Below, piece after piece: positions 53,823-62,976 of a stretch of 64,000 nucleotides of DNA. The notes under the pieces were generated by a model, which saw only the letters and a list, made by a program, of their open reading frames with translations, ran no database searches and was not told the origin of the DNA. Origin of the DNA: a virus (taxonomy: Duplodnaviria > Caudoviricetes); the IMG/VR virus record IMGVR_UViG_2657245717_000001, positions 1-64,000 of that record, one strand, 5' to 3'. Every line of letters begins with the position of its first letter. The stretch's first letter is position 1. A program made the position numbers and the translations under genes.

Positions 53823-55832
53823 GTGAGCACCAGCCTCAACCTGGCGCCCGGCCAGACACCGCCCGGTGCCGCGCCCCAACCCCCCACCACCCAGCCCCCG
53901 ACCCAGAACCCCACACCGAAGAAGACCAAGACCCCCGACCCCAGCACGGACCCCCACGGCACCGTCGGCGGCGTCATCATCCCCGGCGCGGCCCTCTCCA
54001 GCTTCATCGGCCTGTGCTGGCTCATCCACCAGTACGGCCTGCCCGCCGTCCTCCTCGGCGTCGTCGCCTGCGCGGTCGCCGCGACGGGCGCGCTCATCCT
54101 CCGGGCCAGCCGGTCGAGGAAGCGCAGCCCGCTCCGCCCCGGCGGCTTCTTCCGCTCCGGCGGCGGTGGCGGTGGGCCGGGTCCGCGGGCGCCGAAGCTT
54201 CCGCGGTCGGGTGGCCGGCAGCGGTCGACGCTCGGGTCGCTGGGTGCCTCGAACCGTGCCGCGGGCCGGAACGCTCCTCGCTCCTCCGGCGCCGGCCGTA
54301 CCGGGGGGACCCTCGGTGGCGGGGGTCGCGGTGCCGGGAACCGCAGCGGCAGCCTCGGCAGTCTCGGCGGCGGTACGCGGAAGCCGACCGGTCCCTTTTC
54401 GCAGAAGACGTCGGGCAGCCTCGGCAAGACCAACCAGCCCCGCACCAACACTCCGAACCTCAACAAGCGGTTGTCCGGCAGCATCCTCGCCCCGCACCGC
54501 ACCCCGACCACCAACACCGGATCAGGTGGCGGTGCGGGCAAGACCGGGCGCGGCAGCGGCAAGCACCGGAAGCACTCCAACACCGGCCACGGCACCGGGC
54601 GGGGCGGGCTTCTCTCCCGCATCCACGACCGCCGCACCGCTCCCCTGAAGAACCCCAAGGGACCGAAGGGACCGAAGCTCCCCAAGAACAACAGTGCGGG
54701 CAACGGCGGCACCCTCAGCCCCCATAAGCCCGGCAAGCAGCCGTACAAGAACAAGCCGATCCACACCCCGACCCGGCCCCTCACCAAGAAGGCCGCCGCC
54801 CTCGCCCGAGCCATGGCCCGCGCCGCCAAGCGCAACAACCGCACCCGCCCCCGCCGCACCAAGCCCAACCACCTCAAGGCCACCCCGAAAACCCCCGCCC
54901 ACCTCCGCGGCGCCAAGGCCCGCCGCTACGCCCGCGCCGTCCGCCGCGCCACCGCCCCCCGCCGGCTCCGCGCCCGAGCCCTCCACCACGCCCGCCGCGG
55001 CACCTACCTCGTCGGCGTCAAGGCCCGCAAGCACCTCCCCTACAAGCTCAAGCGCCGTCTCCGCCACGCCAACAAGCTCCGACGCGCCATCACCCGCCGA
55101 GCCGGCCGCCTCATCTCCAAGCCACTCGCCCACGCCTACCGCACCGGCGCCCGATGGTTCCTCAAGGCCCACCTGCGGCTCGGTACCCGCCGCTACACCG
55201 CCGCCGGACCGAACTGGATGCGGCCCCTTACCCGCCTCCTTCACGTCGTCACCAGCCCCGCCGCCCGCCTTGTTTCGGCGACCGGCTCCTGGACGTGGCT
55301 CAACAAGTGGATCTACCGGCACACCACGCCCGGCGCCCTCAACCGCGTCAACCCCCACCCGCAGCAGCCCGCACCCTCCCCGGCCGGGCCCACCGCACCG
55401 ACCGTCCCCACCCAGCGGAACACGATCACACCCCCGCACCTCTCGGAAGGAACCATTCTCATGGCGCAGGCCGCGCAGCCCCTGGAGCAGGCCGTCGAAG
55501 CCGTCCTCAACGCCGGGACGCAGCTCCTCACCAACCCCGCCGACAACATGCTCGGCTACGAGGCTGTTCTCGCCCGACTCGGCGAAGTGCAGAACGCCAT
55601 CAGCCAAGTCCTCGCGCAGGCCGCCGAGACCACCCGGGAGAACTTCAAGGTCAACCCGGCCGTCGCGGACGCCTACAACGACTCCGCGACCTTCGCCGCT
55701 TCCCTCGGCGACCGCCTCAATGAGATCCCGGCCCTGTACCGCAACCTCCACGCCGAGCAGATCGACAACATCGAGAACCCCACGGTCCAGGCCCGCAAGT
55801 GGGACATCGCCTCCAACGAGCACGGCGCCTGA
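53823..55832 (+). CDS. Large membrane-anchored G/R/K-rich transfer/spreading protein with probable internal start at 55461
   Basis: Two TM helices, Gly-rich and highly basic region, acidic helical C-domain preceded by GGAAGGA RBS. Confidence 0.7.
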   Translation: MSTSLNLAPGQTPPGAAPQPPTTQPPTQNPTPKKTKTPDPSTDPHGTVGGVIIPGAALSSFIGLCWLIHQYGLPAVLLGVVACAVAATGALILRASRSRKRSPLRPGGFFRSGGGGGGPGPRAPKLPRSGGRQRSTLGSLGASNRAAGRNAPRSSGAGRTGGTLGGGGRGAGNRSGSLGSLGGGTRKPTGPFSQKTSGSLGKTNQPRTNTPNLNKRLSGSILAPHRTPTTNTGSGGGAGKTGRGSGKHRKHSNTGHGTGRGGLLSRIHDRRTAPLKNPKGPKGPKLPKNNSAGNGGTLSPHKPGKQPYKNKPIHTPTRPLTKKAAALARAMARAAKRNNRTRPRRTKPNHLKATPKTPAHLRGAKARRYARAVRRATAPRRLRARALHHARRGTYLVGVKARKHLPYKLKRRLRHANKLRRAITRRAGRLISKPLAHAYRTGARWFLKAHLRLGTRRYTAAGPNWMRPLTRLLHVVTSPAARLVSATGSWTWLNKWIYRHTTPGALNRVNPHPQQPAPSPAGPTAPTVPTQRNTITPPHLSEGTILMAQAAQPLEQAVEAVLNAGTQLLTNPADNMLGYEAVLARLGEVQNAISQVLAQAAETTRENFKVNPAVADAYNDSATFAASLGDRLNEIPALYRNLHAEQIDNIENPTVQARKWDIASNEHGA

Positions 55833-55842
55833 CACACCCCCA

Positions 55843-55906
55843 GCCCTGGCCCCACCCCACGTGCGGGGCCGTGACGGCGCCGGATCGAAACCGGCCCAGG
55901 GCACCA
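55843..55906 (+). ncRNA. tRNA-like element E5
   Basis: Perfect 7-bp GCCCTGG/CCAGGGC plus ACCA; T-arm GCCGG-ATCGAAA-CCGGC; directly before traB. Confidence 0.65.
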
Positions 55907-55959
55907 GCACCACCCCCAATACCCGCCACCCATAACCCGCCCGACAGGAGACCCCGACC

Positions 55960-58098
55960 GTGCTCACCCGGCCCCGCAACCACGAGCCCATCCCCTGGCG
56001 CCACGGAGTCATCACCACCCCCCTCTACACCGCCGCCACCATCTACGCCGGCGGCACCACCCTCGGCGTCGCCACCGACCTCGGCGCCACCCTCCCCACC
56101 GGCTGGATGATGCTCGGCTCCGCCGCCGGCGTCGCCACCGCCGCCGTCTCCCGCTGGGTCCGCACCGCCCACACCAACGGCATCCCCAACACCAAGCCCC
56201 GCCGCTGGTACCACACCGCGTTCACCACCACCTGGACCACCGCCACCTACGCCTGGCTCACCTGGACCGCCCACGACACCCCCTGGACCCTCGCGTCCGC
56301 CGCGACCGTCGCCCTCGGCGCCGCCGCGTTCACCCCCCTGTACGCCATCGACCGCAGCCTCCGCTCCGACGTCATCGCCGCCCAGTGGGCCGCCGAAGCC
56401 GCCGCCGACGCACCCGCCGACAAGAGCGAGTGGGAGCAGCTTTTCGAAGCGGTCGGTGCCCGCGGCGTTCAGGTCGGCGAACCCACTCAGACCCGAGGCG
56501 GCTACTCCCTGCCCATCACCCTCACCCAGTCCCCCTACGAGGCTGTCGTCCAGCTCCTCAAGTCCGTCGAAACCCGCAAGGGCGACCTCCGGCCCGGCTC
56601 CCTCGACCTGCGCCGCGACATCAACCACGCCGCATCCCAGGCCACCCTCCACGTCACCACCCGCAACGTCCTCGCCGAGTCCATCGACCTGCCCGCCGAC
56701 GACCACCCCCTCACCATCAACGAACCCCTCACCCTCGGCGTCCTCGAATCCGGCGACCCCTGGGAGATCAAGTTCCGGCAGAACAGCGTGTTCATCGCCG
56801 GGAAGAAGGGCTCCGGCAAGTCCGTCCTCCTCCACGTCATCATCAGCGTCGTCACCCGCTGCACCGACGCCGTCATCTGGATGATCGACATGGCCGAAGG
56901 GAACACCGCCAAGCGGTGGCTTCGCCCCTGGGCCCAGCAGTGGAAGGACCGCAACGGCCAGACCATCGACCGGCCCATCCTCGACTGGGTCGCCACCACC
57001 CCCGACGAAGCCGTCCGCCTCCTCCAGGCCTCCGTCGCCGTCGCCGACGGACGCGCCCGCCGCATGCCCGGCGGGAAGATCCGCCCCAAGACGACCATCC
57101 CGGCTCTCATCGTCATCACCGACGAGAACCCCGAACTCATGTCCCGCGTCCCCGACGCGATCGTCGCCAAGCAGCGCGGCATCAAGAAGGGCCGCAAGGC
57201 CGCCGTCGACTACATCGACGCAGCCCAGCGCGGCACCGGCCCCAACACCGGCGGCGGCGAAGTCATGTCCCAGTACGACACCGTCATCGGCGGACGCTTC
57301 CCCAAGCGGCAGGAGGGCCAGTTCGTCTTCCCCGACCACTACCAGACCGTCGACCTGTCCAAGCTCCCCGGCAACGGCGCCTTCTACATCCTCGACGAAG
57401 ACCGCTCCAAGGGCGCCGGCCCCGAGAAGACCAAGGGCTACTTCGCCTACGACGACGACGAGTACCCCGACGGCCGCGAAGCCACCGTCATCGAAGACCT
57501 CGCCGCCGCCCGCTGGACCATCCGCCCCGACCTCGACACCGCCTCCCAGCAGGACGCCGAACCCTACGGCTACTCCACCCGCTGGAACCCCGACCGCATC
57601 GACTGGCTCATCGACGCCCTCAACCTGCCCATGCCCGCCGGCGCCAGGCCCCGCCCGCAGCCCTCCGGGCCCGCCAAGCGCACCACCGGCGGCCCCATGC
57701 CGACCCTGCCGTCCATCAACGACTACATCCAGCGCGGCCAGCAGTACAAGCAGCAGTCCCAGCCGGGCCCCGCCCCCGAGCCGGCCGTTGAGGACGCCGA
57801 CGTCGAGCGGCTCTTCACCGAGCTGGAGGAGTACACCCGGCAGGCCGCCGTGAACCTCACCAAGCCGCAGCCGTCCGCCGACAAGCGCCACCCCCGCCGC
57901 GACGAGGTCACCGACTGGGTTCGTGACGCCGGGCAGGACGGCATCACCGTCGCCGAAGTCCGCGCCCGCCTCGCCCAGCGCTACCCCGGCGAGAAGCCCC
58001 CGTCGGACACCGCCGTCCAGAACTGGTTCACGGCGCACCCGAACATCACCAAGCCCGGCCGCGGCACCTACGTGTGGACCGAAACCCCCGACGCCTGA
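55960..58098 (+). CDS. traB: TraB-like FtsK/SpoIIIE conjugative DNA translocase
   Basis: N-terminal TMs; Walker A GKKGSGKS; W.ID...G; DWVA; Walker B IVITDE; AQRGT; C-terminal wHTH. Confidence 0.88.
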   Translation: MLTRPRNHEPIPWRHGVITTPLYTAATIYAGGTTLGVATDLGATLPTGWMMLGSAAGVATAAVSRWVRTAHTNGIPNTKPRRWYHTAFTTTWTTATYAWLTWTAHDTPWTLASAATVALGAAAFTPLYAIDRSLRSDVIAAQWAAEAAADAPADKSEWEQLFEAVGARGVQVGEPTQTRGGYSLPITLTQSPYEAVVQLLKSVETRKGDLRPGSLDLRRDINHAASQATLHVTTRNVLAESIDLPADDHPLTINEPLTLGVLESGDPWEIKFRQNSVFIAGKKGSGKSVLLHVIISVVTRCTDAVIWMIDMAEGNTAKRWLRPWAQQWKDRNGQTIDRPILDWVATTPDEAVRLLQASVAVADGRARRMPGGKIRPKTTIPALIVITDENPELMSRVPDAIVAKQRGIKKGRKAAVDYIDAAQRGTGPNTGGGEVMSQYDTVIGGRFPKRQEGQFVFPDHYQTVDLSKLPGNGAFYILDEDRSKGAGPEKTKGYFAYDDDEYPDGREATVIEDLAAARWTIRPDLDTASQQDAEPYGYSTRWNPDRIDWLIDALNLPMPAGARPRPQPSGPAKRTTGGPMPTLPSINDYIQRGQQYKQQSQPGPAPEPAVEDADVERLFTELEEYTRQAAVNLTKPQPSADKRHPRRDEVTDWVRDAGQDGITVAEVRARLAQRYPGEKPPSDTAVQNWFTAHPNITKPGRGTYVWTETPDA

Positions 58099-58152
58099 CC
58101 GCCCCAGGGGGCCGCCAGCCCAGGCGGCCCCCTCTGACATCCGGAAGCCCCG

Positions 58153-58752
58153 ATGACCAGCAGCCTCCTCGCCCGCCGCCGGGCCCGCCGCGTGTGGCGG
58201 CAGGCCACCACCCTCACCCACCTCGCCCACCTCACCGCCGACTGGCTCGACGGCACCCTCCCCGCCCACATCACCTACGGACCCAACCCCGACCCCGAAA
58301 CCACCGGCATCACCCGCACCCTCGCCACCGTCAACCGCGCCGGCTACCTCACCACCTCCTCACAGCCCGGCCACCCCCCGACCGTCGGTCACGACGGCTC
58401 CGTGTACGAGCAGCGCGCCGCCATCACCGGCCACATCGCCGACCCGACGCTCCTCCACCGCCTCATCGACACGGTCGAACGCGCCGGCCTGACCGTCATC
58501 ACCCACACCGCGGACATCTCGACCGGCCCCGACTGGATGATCGCCACCCGGCAGGACGGGCAGCCCACGGCAGCGTTCGGTGAGTACGTCACCCCCGTGC
58601 AGCTCCGCGCGGACTGGCGCGGCATCAGCGACCAGGCCCACGCTGCGGTCGCCGCCGCCGTGCAGGTCACTGTCGTCGACCCCGTGTGGGGCCGCAACGA
58701 CCGGTTCTGGCCCGCCCTCGCACACCTCACCGCCGCACCCGCCACCACCTGA
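58153..58752 (+). CDS. Conserved actinobacterial plasmid protein (DUF6919-like)
   Basis: W..A.TL..LA.L.A.WL.G; D.ET; NRAG.LT.SSQPG; QRAA; DPVWGRND..W. Confidence 0.7.
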   Translation: MTSSLLARRRARRVWRQATTLTHLAHLTADWLDGTLPAHITYGPNPDPETTGITRTLATVNRAGYLTTSSQPGHPPTVGHDGSVYEQRAAITGHIADPTLLHRLIDTVERAGLTVITHTADISTGPDWMIATRQDGQPTAAFGEYVTPVQLRADWRGISDQAHAAVAAAVQVTVVDPVWGRNDRFWPALAHLTAAPATT

Positions 58753-58800
58753 CCGCTCACCGCCCCCGACGAAGGGAGGCCCACCAACCCGGAGACCCCG

Positions 58801-59429
58801 ATGCCCGCAACGCTCCTCACCCCCGACCAGCTTGACCAGCAGGCCGCCGCCATCTACGACACCGCGGCGTGGCAGCAGATCGTCTCCGGCTGGACCCTCA
58901 CCGCCGCCGAACCCGCGCCCCGCACCACCGACCGGGCCGGCGAGCAGACCACGGTGGGGGACTGGCGGGACCTCCTCAACGGCACCGTAGACGACCTCAT
59001 CGCCACCGCCACCACAACCCTCCCCCGGCCGCACCCGCCGAACGGCCCCTCCCCGGCAGGCTCGGCGCGATCCTCCCCGACCGGCTCCACGCCTGGCGAC
59101 GCATCGGCCAGCCCGACATCCGGCCCAGCGTCCAGCTCGCCTACGCCCGCCGCCTGCTCGTGGAGTGGGGCTGGCAGAACCGCCCCTACCGGCTCCGCGA
59201 CGGCTGGGGTGCCCGCTGCCTGTGCGGGGCACTGCTGTCCGCCCACCGCCTCGGCTACGGCAGCCTCGACACCGCGAACCGGTCCGCGGCATGGCTGATG
59301 ACGGGGCTGCGACATGAGGGGTGGGCGGGCCTGATCGGCGAGTGGAACCGGGCACCGGGCCGCACGGCGGAGCAGGCCCTCGCCCTGGTCGACACGGTCA
59401 CGGCACAGGCGGCGCAGGCTGGGGAGTAA
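58801..59429 (+). CDS. Plasmid protein (DUF6197-like C-terminus) split by an apparent 1-nt frameshift near 59022
   Basis: One extra C in TCCCCCGG joins MPATLL...TTTLP to PAAPAERPLPGR...GW......G.RCLCGA...WN..PGRT. Confidence 0.65.
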
Positions 59430-59441
59430 ACACACACGAAG

Positions 59442-59470
59442 AAGGCCCGGACCAACCTGGTCCGGGCCTT
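59442..59470. terminator. Bidirectional hairpin terminator
   Basis: AAGGCCCGGACCA-ACC-TGGTCCGGGCCTT between convergent operons. Confidence 0.8.
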
Positions 59471-59483
59471 ACTCATGCCGCCA

Positions 59484-60485
59484 TCACCGCCGCAGCACCG
59501 ACACCAACTTGGTCGGGTCCAGCACCGGCGCACCGTCCGGGCCCTTCATGTGCTGGTCGATCCAGATCGGACGGTTCGCCTTACGGCTCGGGTAGTAGTG
59601 GTTCCGCCAATGTCCCCGCACCAGCCAACGATGCCGGTACGACTTCCCCGCCCCCTCGCCGGCGCCACGCTCCTCAGCGTGGACCGAACGATGCCGCAAC
59701 TGCACGTACCGCGTCGCGGCCAGCAAAGCGGGATCGATCCGTGCGATGCGCTTCGCCGCGGACCGAGGGGTTTCCACCCGGTCTTCCCGTACCAAGGTCT
59801 GCCCCATCAGCAGCCACGTCACCAGCAGAGCCCGCTCAGCCTGCTCCGCCCTCCCAGCCGCCCGCGACAGGCTCTCCATCTCAGCCAGCGAGCGGGCCGA
59901 CGTGTCCTCCGGAGCCGCCGACAACCACCCCGGGACCCGGCCGAACGGCAGGTACCCCGCTCCCAGGCACACCAGCTCCGGAGGGTTGCTCGCGCGTCGC
60001 TGCCGCACCTCGTCACGCGAGAGAGCAGGCAGGCCCGACAGCGGGTTGCCCTTTGCGAGGTCAGTGAGCCAGTCCTCACGGTGACACCACAGCCGGTACT
60101 GGACCCGGCCCTCATGCTCCGCCCAGCTCACCGCGACAACCGGGGAGCCGACCACATCACCGTCGAACCGGTCCGTGACAGGCACCTCCCACACCAGCAG
60201 ACCTCGCGGCGCCGGCACGTCCTCCGGGTGCAGCCGGTACGACGGCAGCGCCACTCCCGCAGCGACCGCCATCCGCGTCATGTCAGCACTCGCGAAGAAC
60301 AGGTCCGCCGAAGGCAGCACGTCCGCCCACGTCCCCGCAGCCAGCCACTCCGGCCGAGCCTCCTCCGGCGGAAGGCCAGCGGCCCAAGCGGACGGCCCGC
60401 CCAGCGGCCCCGGATCGCGGAGCCACTGGACCAGGTCGGCGCGGAGGCCCGGCAGGTCCCGGGCCGTCAGCGTCGTCGTCCCCAC
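59484..60485 (-). CDS. Conserved phage protein with C-terminal VRGHWR motif
   Basis: HRWLVRGHWRNHYYP.....PIWI..H.KGP.GAP; last gene of the leftward operon. Confidence 0.7.
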   Translation of the reverse strand: MGTTTLTARDLPGLRADLVQWLRDPGPLGGPSAWAAGLPPEEARPEWLAAGTWADVLPSADLFFASADMTRMAVAAGVALPSYRLHPEDVPAPRGLLVWEVPVTDRFDGDVVGSPVVAVSWAEHEGRVQYRLWCHREDWLTDLAKGNPLSGLPALSRDEVRQRRASNPPELVCLGAGYLPFGRVPGWLSAAPEDTSARSLAEMESLSRAAGRAEQAERALLVTWLLMGQTLVREDRVETPRSAAKRIARIDPALLAATRYVQLRHRSVHAEERGAGEGAGKSYRHRWLVRGHWRNHYYPSRKANRPIWIDQHMKGPDGAPVLDPTKLVSVLRR

Positions 60486-60495
60486 AAGAGCCCCC

Positions 60496-61062
60496 TCAGA
60501 CGGACGCGCGGTCGGTGCGGGCCCCAGCGCCAGGCCGGGACTTGAGCGCGGCCCGCGCCTGCTCCGCCAGGTACACAGCCCGCGGCTGCGCCCAGCCGTC
60601 AAGCTGCACCCGCGCCAGCGGTTCGACCTTCAGCCGCTGCATCGCCCTCGATGCGGCCTTCGCCGGCTCCTTCGCCTTCGACCCCATCTCCCGGGCGATG
60701 TCGTCCAGCGTCAGCACGTCGAACCGGTCGCAGATCTGCCCCAGGTCGATGCCCTCAAGGCACGCCTTCAGATCCACGTCGCCGTCCTCGGTGGTGGGGT
60801 AGCCGTCAAACTCCCCCTCCTCGATCTCGTACGGGCCGAGGAACTCGTCACCCGCGAGCGACACCCCGGCCGGCAGCGCCTCGTTGATCGCGTCGCGGTA
60901 CGCCTTGCAGATCAGGTCATACGCGCCGGACTTCTCCATCAGCTCGCACCAGTCGCTGTCGCCTCCGCTCAGGTAGTCGGCGACGTCCGCGTCGGGGCTG
61001 GTCGAGTAGGCGCTGACCTTGCTCCAGTTGCCCCAGGACGTGTACGGGCGGTTCGTGGTCAT
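60496..61062 (-). CDS. Acidic domain (paralog of 62588-62914) fused to a C-terminal HTH-like domain
   Basis: Shared AIN.ALP.GV.L.GDEF.GP motif; tail LTLDDIAREMG...RPGAGARTD; AAGGAG RBS. Confidence 0.75.
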   Translation of the reverse strand: MTTNRPYTSWGNWSKVSAYSTSPDADVADYLSGGDSDWCELMEKSGAYDLICKAYRDAINEALPAGVSLAGDEFLGPYEIEEGEFDGYPTTEDGDVDLKACLEGIDLGQICDRFDVLTLDDIAREMGSKAKEPAKAASRAMQRLKVEPLARVQLDGWAQPRAVYLAEQARAALKSRPGAGARTDRASV

Positions 61063-61095
61063 GTCAGTTCTCCTTGGGTGTTGAGGGTGTGAGGT

Positions 61096-61638
61096 TCAGA
61101 GGGCGGCGATGTCGGACTTGATGCCGGCGAAGACCCGGGCGACGAGGTCGAAGCGCTCACGCTCGCCGGACAGGAAGCGGATCTCGTACTCGCGGGCGCC
61201 GGAGTGCTGGGCGTAGAGGCGTCCGTCGGTGACGTCGTAGTAGACCTTGCTGACCGCGCAGGCGATGCCAGCCGCACGCCCGTTGGCGATGCCGCGTCCG
61301 TCGAAGGAGGCGGAGGAGACGTTGCCGGACTTGTAGGCGGTGGTCTCCAGGCCGAGGTGCTGGTGGAAGTCGTTGAGGTAGATGCGGTCCATGCCGTTCT
61401 TCTGCCAGCGGCGCCCGCCGATGGCGAGCATCGTCTCGACGGAGAGGGTGGGGGTCTTGCGGGTGCGGCGGGCCTTGAGGGCGCCGATGGTGAGGCGGTG
61501 GGCGAGGGAGGCGGTGTCGATGACCCAGCGGCCGGCGTTCTTGGTGGCGGTGACCACGCCTCGGCGGCACCAGGCGCGGATGGTGGCGACGGTGACGTTG
61601 GCCTGGGTGGCGGCTGCGGTGGTGGTGATGGTGGTCAT
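61096..61638 (-). CDS. HTH-containing protein (MerR/Xis-like N-terminus)
   Basis: TTAAATQANVTVATIRAWCRRG.V.A.K..GRWVID; C-domain RWQKNGMDRIYLN. Confidence 0.75.
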   Translation of the reverse strand: MTTITTTAAATQANVTVATIRAWCRRGVVTATKNAGRWVIDTASLAHRLTIGALKARRTRKTPTLSVETMLAIGGRRWQKNGMDRIYLNDFHQHLGLETTAYKSGNVSSASFDGRGIANGRAAGIACAVSKVYYDVTDGRLYAQHSGAREYEIRFLSGERERFDLVARVFAGIKSDIAAL

Positions 61639-61664
61639 CGGGTCCCCCTCGGTGTCGATGACAT

Positions 61665-61695
61665 AACCTTGCCGTAGGTACGGCGAGGTTGTCAA
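61665..61695 (-). promoter_or_regulatory. Leftward promoter with overlapping inverted-repeat operator
   Basis: TTGACA-N18-CAAGGT; AACCTTGCCGTA-GG-TACGGCGAGGTT (11 of 12 paired). Confidence 0.75.
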
Positions 61696-61771
61696 GCGGT
61701 AGACCTAAACGGCCTCCGAAACGGGTGGCGTAGCTACCTACGCCTTCGTCCGCCAGCCACGCTTCAGGCGC

Positions 61772-62251
61772 TCACTTCCCGCCCGCACGACCGTCCGACA
61801 ACCCCAACTCCTTCCGTATGCGGTAAACGTTGCTCGGCGCGATACCCAACTTGTTCGCGATCCCCAAGGGGGGCGTCCCGGCCTCCGACTCACGACGCAC
61901 CGCAGAACGAACCTCGGATGAGTGGGATCTGTTCTTACGGGATAGGCCCATCGCTGCCAGTTGACCTTTAACCACGTGCACCTCCACCCCCACCGTGCTG
62001 GCGATCTGCTCCAAACCCACCTTCGCTTCCCTCAGCGCGCGAATCTGTCGCTTCTGCGCTTCTGTCACCTTCGGTGCTTGCCGTAGAGGCAGGCCCATCT
62101 TGTAGCGCAGCATGTAGACAGCGCTGCGTTCGATGCCGAGCAAACGCGCGATCTCCTTGCCAGGGGTGCCTGCACCCCATTCCCGCTTGAAGAGGTCCAG
62201 GTCGAGGCTGCTGAGATCGATCCGTCGACCAGCCTTGGGTGATGTATCCAT
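61772..62251 (-). CDS. Triple-HTH DNA-binding protein
   Basis: Three G....EIA..LG/VG repeats; atypical codon usage. Confidence 0.65.
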   Translation of the reverse strand: MDTSPKAGRRIDLSSLDLDLFKREWGAGTPGKEIARLLGIERSAVYMLRYKMGLPLRQAPKVTEAQKRQIRALREAKVGLEQIASTVGVEVHVVKGQLAAMGLSRKNRSHSSEVRSAVRRESEAGTPPLGIANKLGIAPSNVYRIRKELGLSDGRAGGK

Positions 62252-62504
62252 GCTCAGTCCAACGGTGGAGTCGCCGGGCTGGTCACTTGAGCTACCCGGC
62301 GGGGCATAGCAGCCCGGACAAACGCCCGAATGTGCGCCACGCTAGATCTGCACGGCTCGGGAGACGTATCCCTTGAGCGTCCCCGCGCCTCGATGGGCAC
62401 TACCCGAGCCGTGCAAACAGACTGGTCCGCCCCGTGACGGAGGCGTTGACCACTGGCCCCGCGACCCACATCCCCCAGGGTCGCGGGGCCTCTTCATGCC
62501 CCCC

Positions 62505-62533
62505 TTGTACTTCCTAGAATAGGAAGCTACAGT
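62505..62533 (+). promoter_or_regulatory. Promoter with an operator in the spacer
   Basis: TTGTAC-N17-TACAGT; CTTCCTA-GAA-TAGGAAG; preceded by a strong hairpin at about 62455-62490. Confidence 0.8.
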
Positions 62534-62587
62534 GGTGTCATGAAGTCAGGGGAACAGCCCCAGACTCAACCGGAAGGACCCGGCACC

Positions 62588-62914
62588 ATGGCGACCACCA
62601 CCAGCTACGGCAGCTTCTACAACCACACCAACGCCCTCAACGTCGGCTCCTACATCGCCGACGCATGCAGCTCCGCCGACAGCGACTGGCTGGAGCGCAT
62701 GGAAACCGCAGGCGCCTTCGACCGCATCGAGTCCGACTTCTCCAACGCCATCAACGACGCCCTGCCCGGCGGCGTCGCCCTCTCCGGGGACGAGTTCATC
62801 GGCCCGGCCTACGAGGAGGACTACGAGGACGGTGTCGCCGACCTGGACATCTCCAAGGTCGTCAAGGGCATCGACTTCTGGGCCATCGTCCAGAAGCACG
62901 ACGTCGGCATCTGA
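62588..62914 (+). CDS. Small acidic protein, anti-defence/Acr candidate
   Basis: 108 aa, D/E-rich, GGAAGGA RBS (alternative leaderless ATG at 62540); upstream of an Aca2-like gene. Confidence 0.75.
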   Translation: MATTTSYGSFYNHTNALNVGSYIADACSSADSDWLERMETAGAFDRIESDFSNAINDALPGGVALSGDEFIGPAYEEDYEDGVADLDISKVVKGIDFWAIVQKHDVGI

Positions 62915-62976
62915 GTAGTGAACCCCCAGTGCCCCCGTCCTAGCGCGGGGGCACAGCCATGACGAAGGGCCTACCC

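Noticed and set aside
55717-58269. 850-aa minus-strand ORF, and similar long ORFs at 28989-31235, 44851-46374, 24339-25715 and 35536-36891
   Set aside because: Antisense shadows of real genes in high-GC DNA, with no motifs or RBS.
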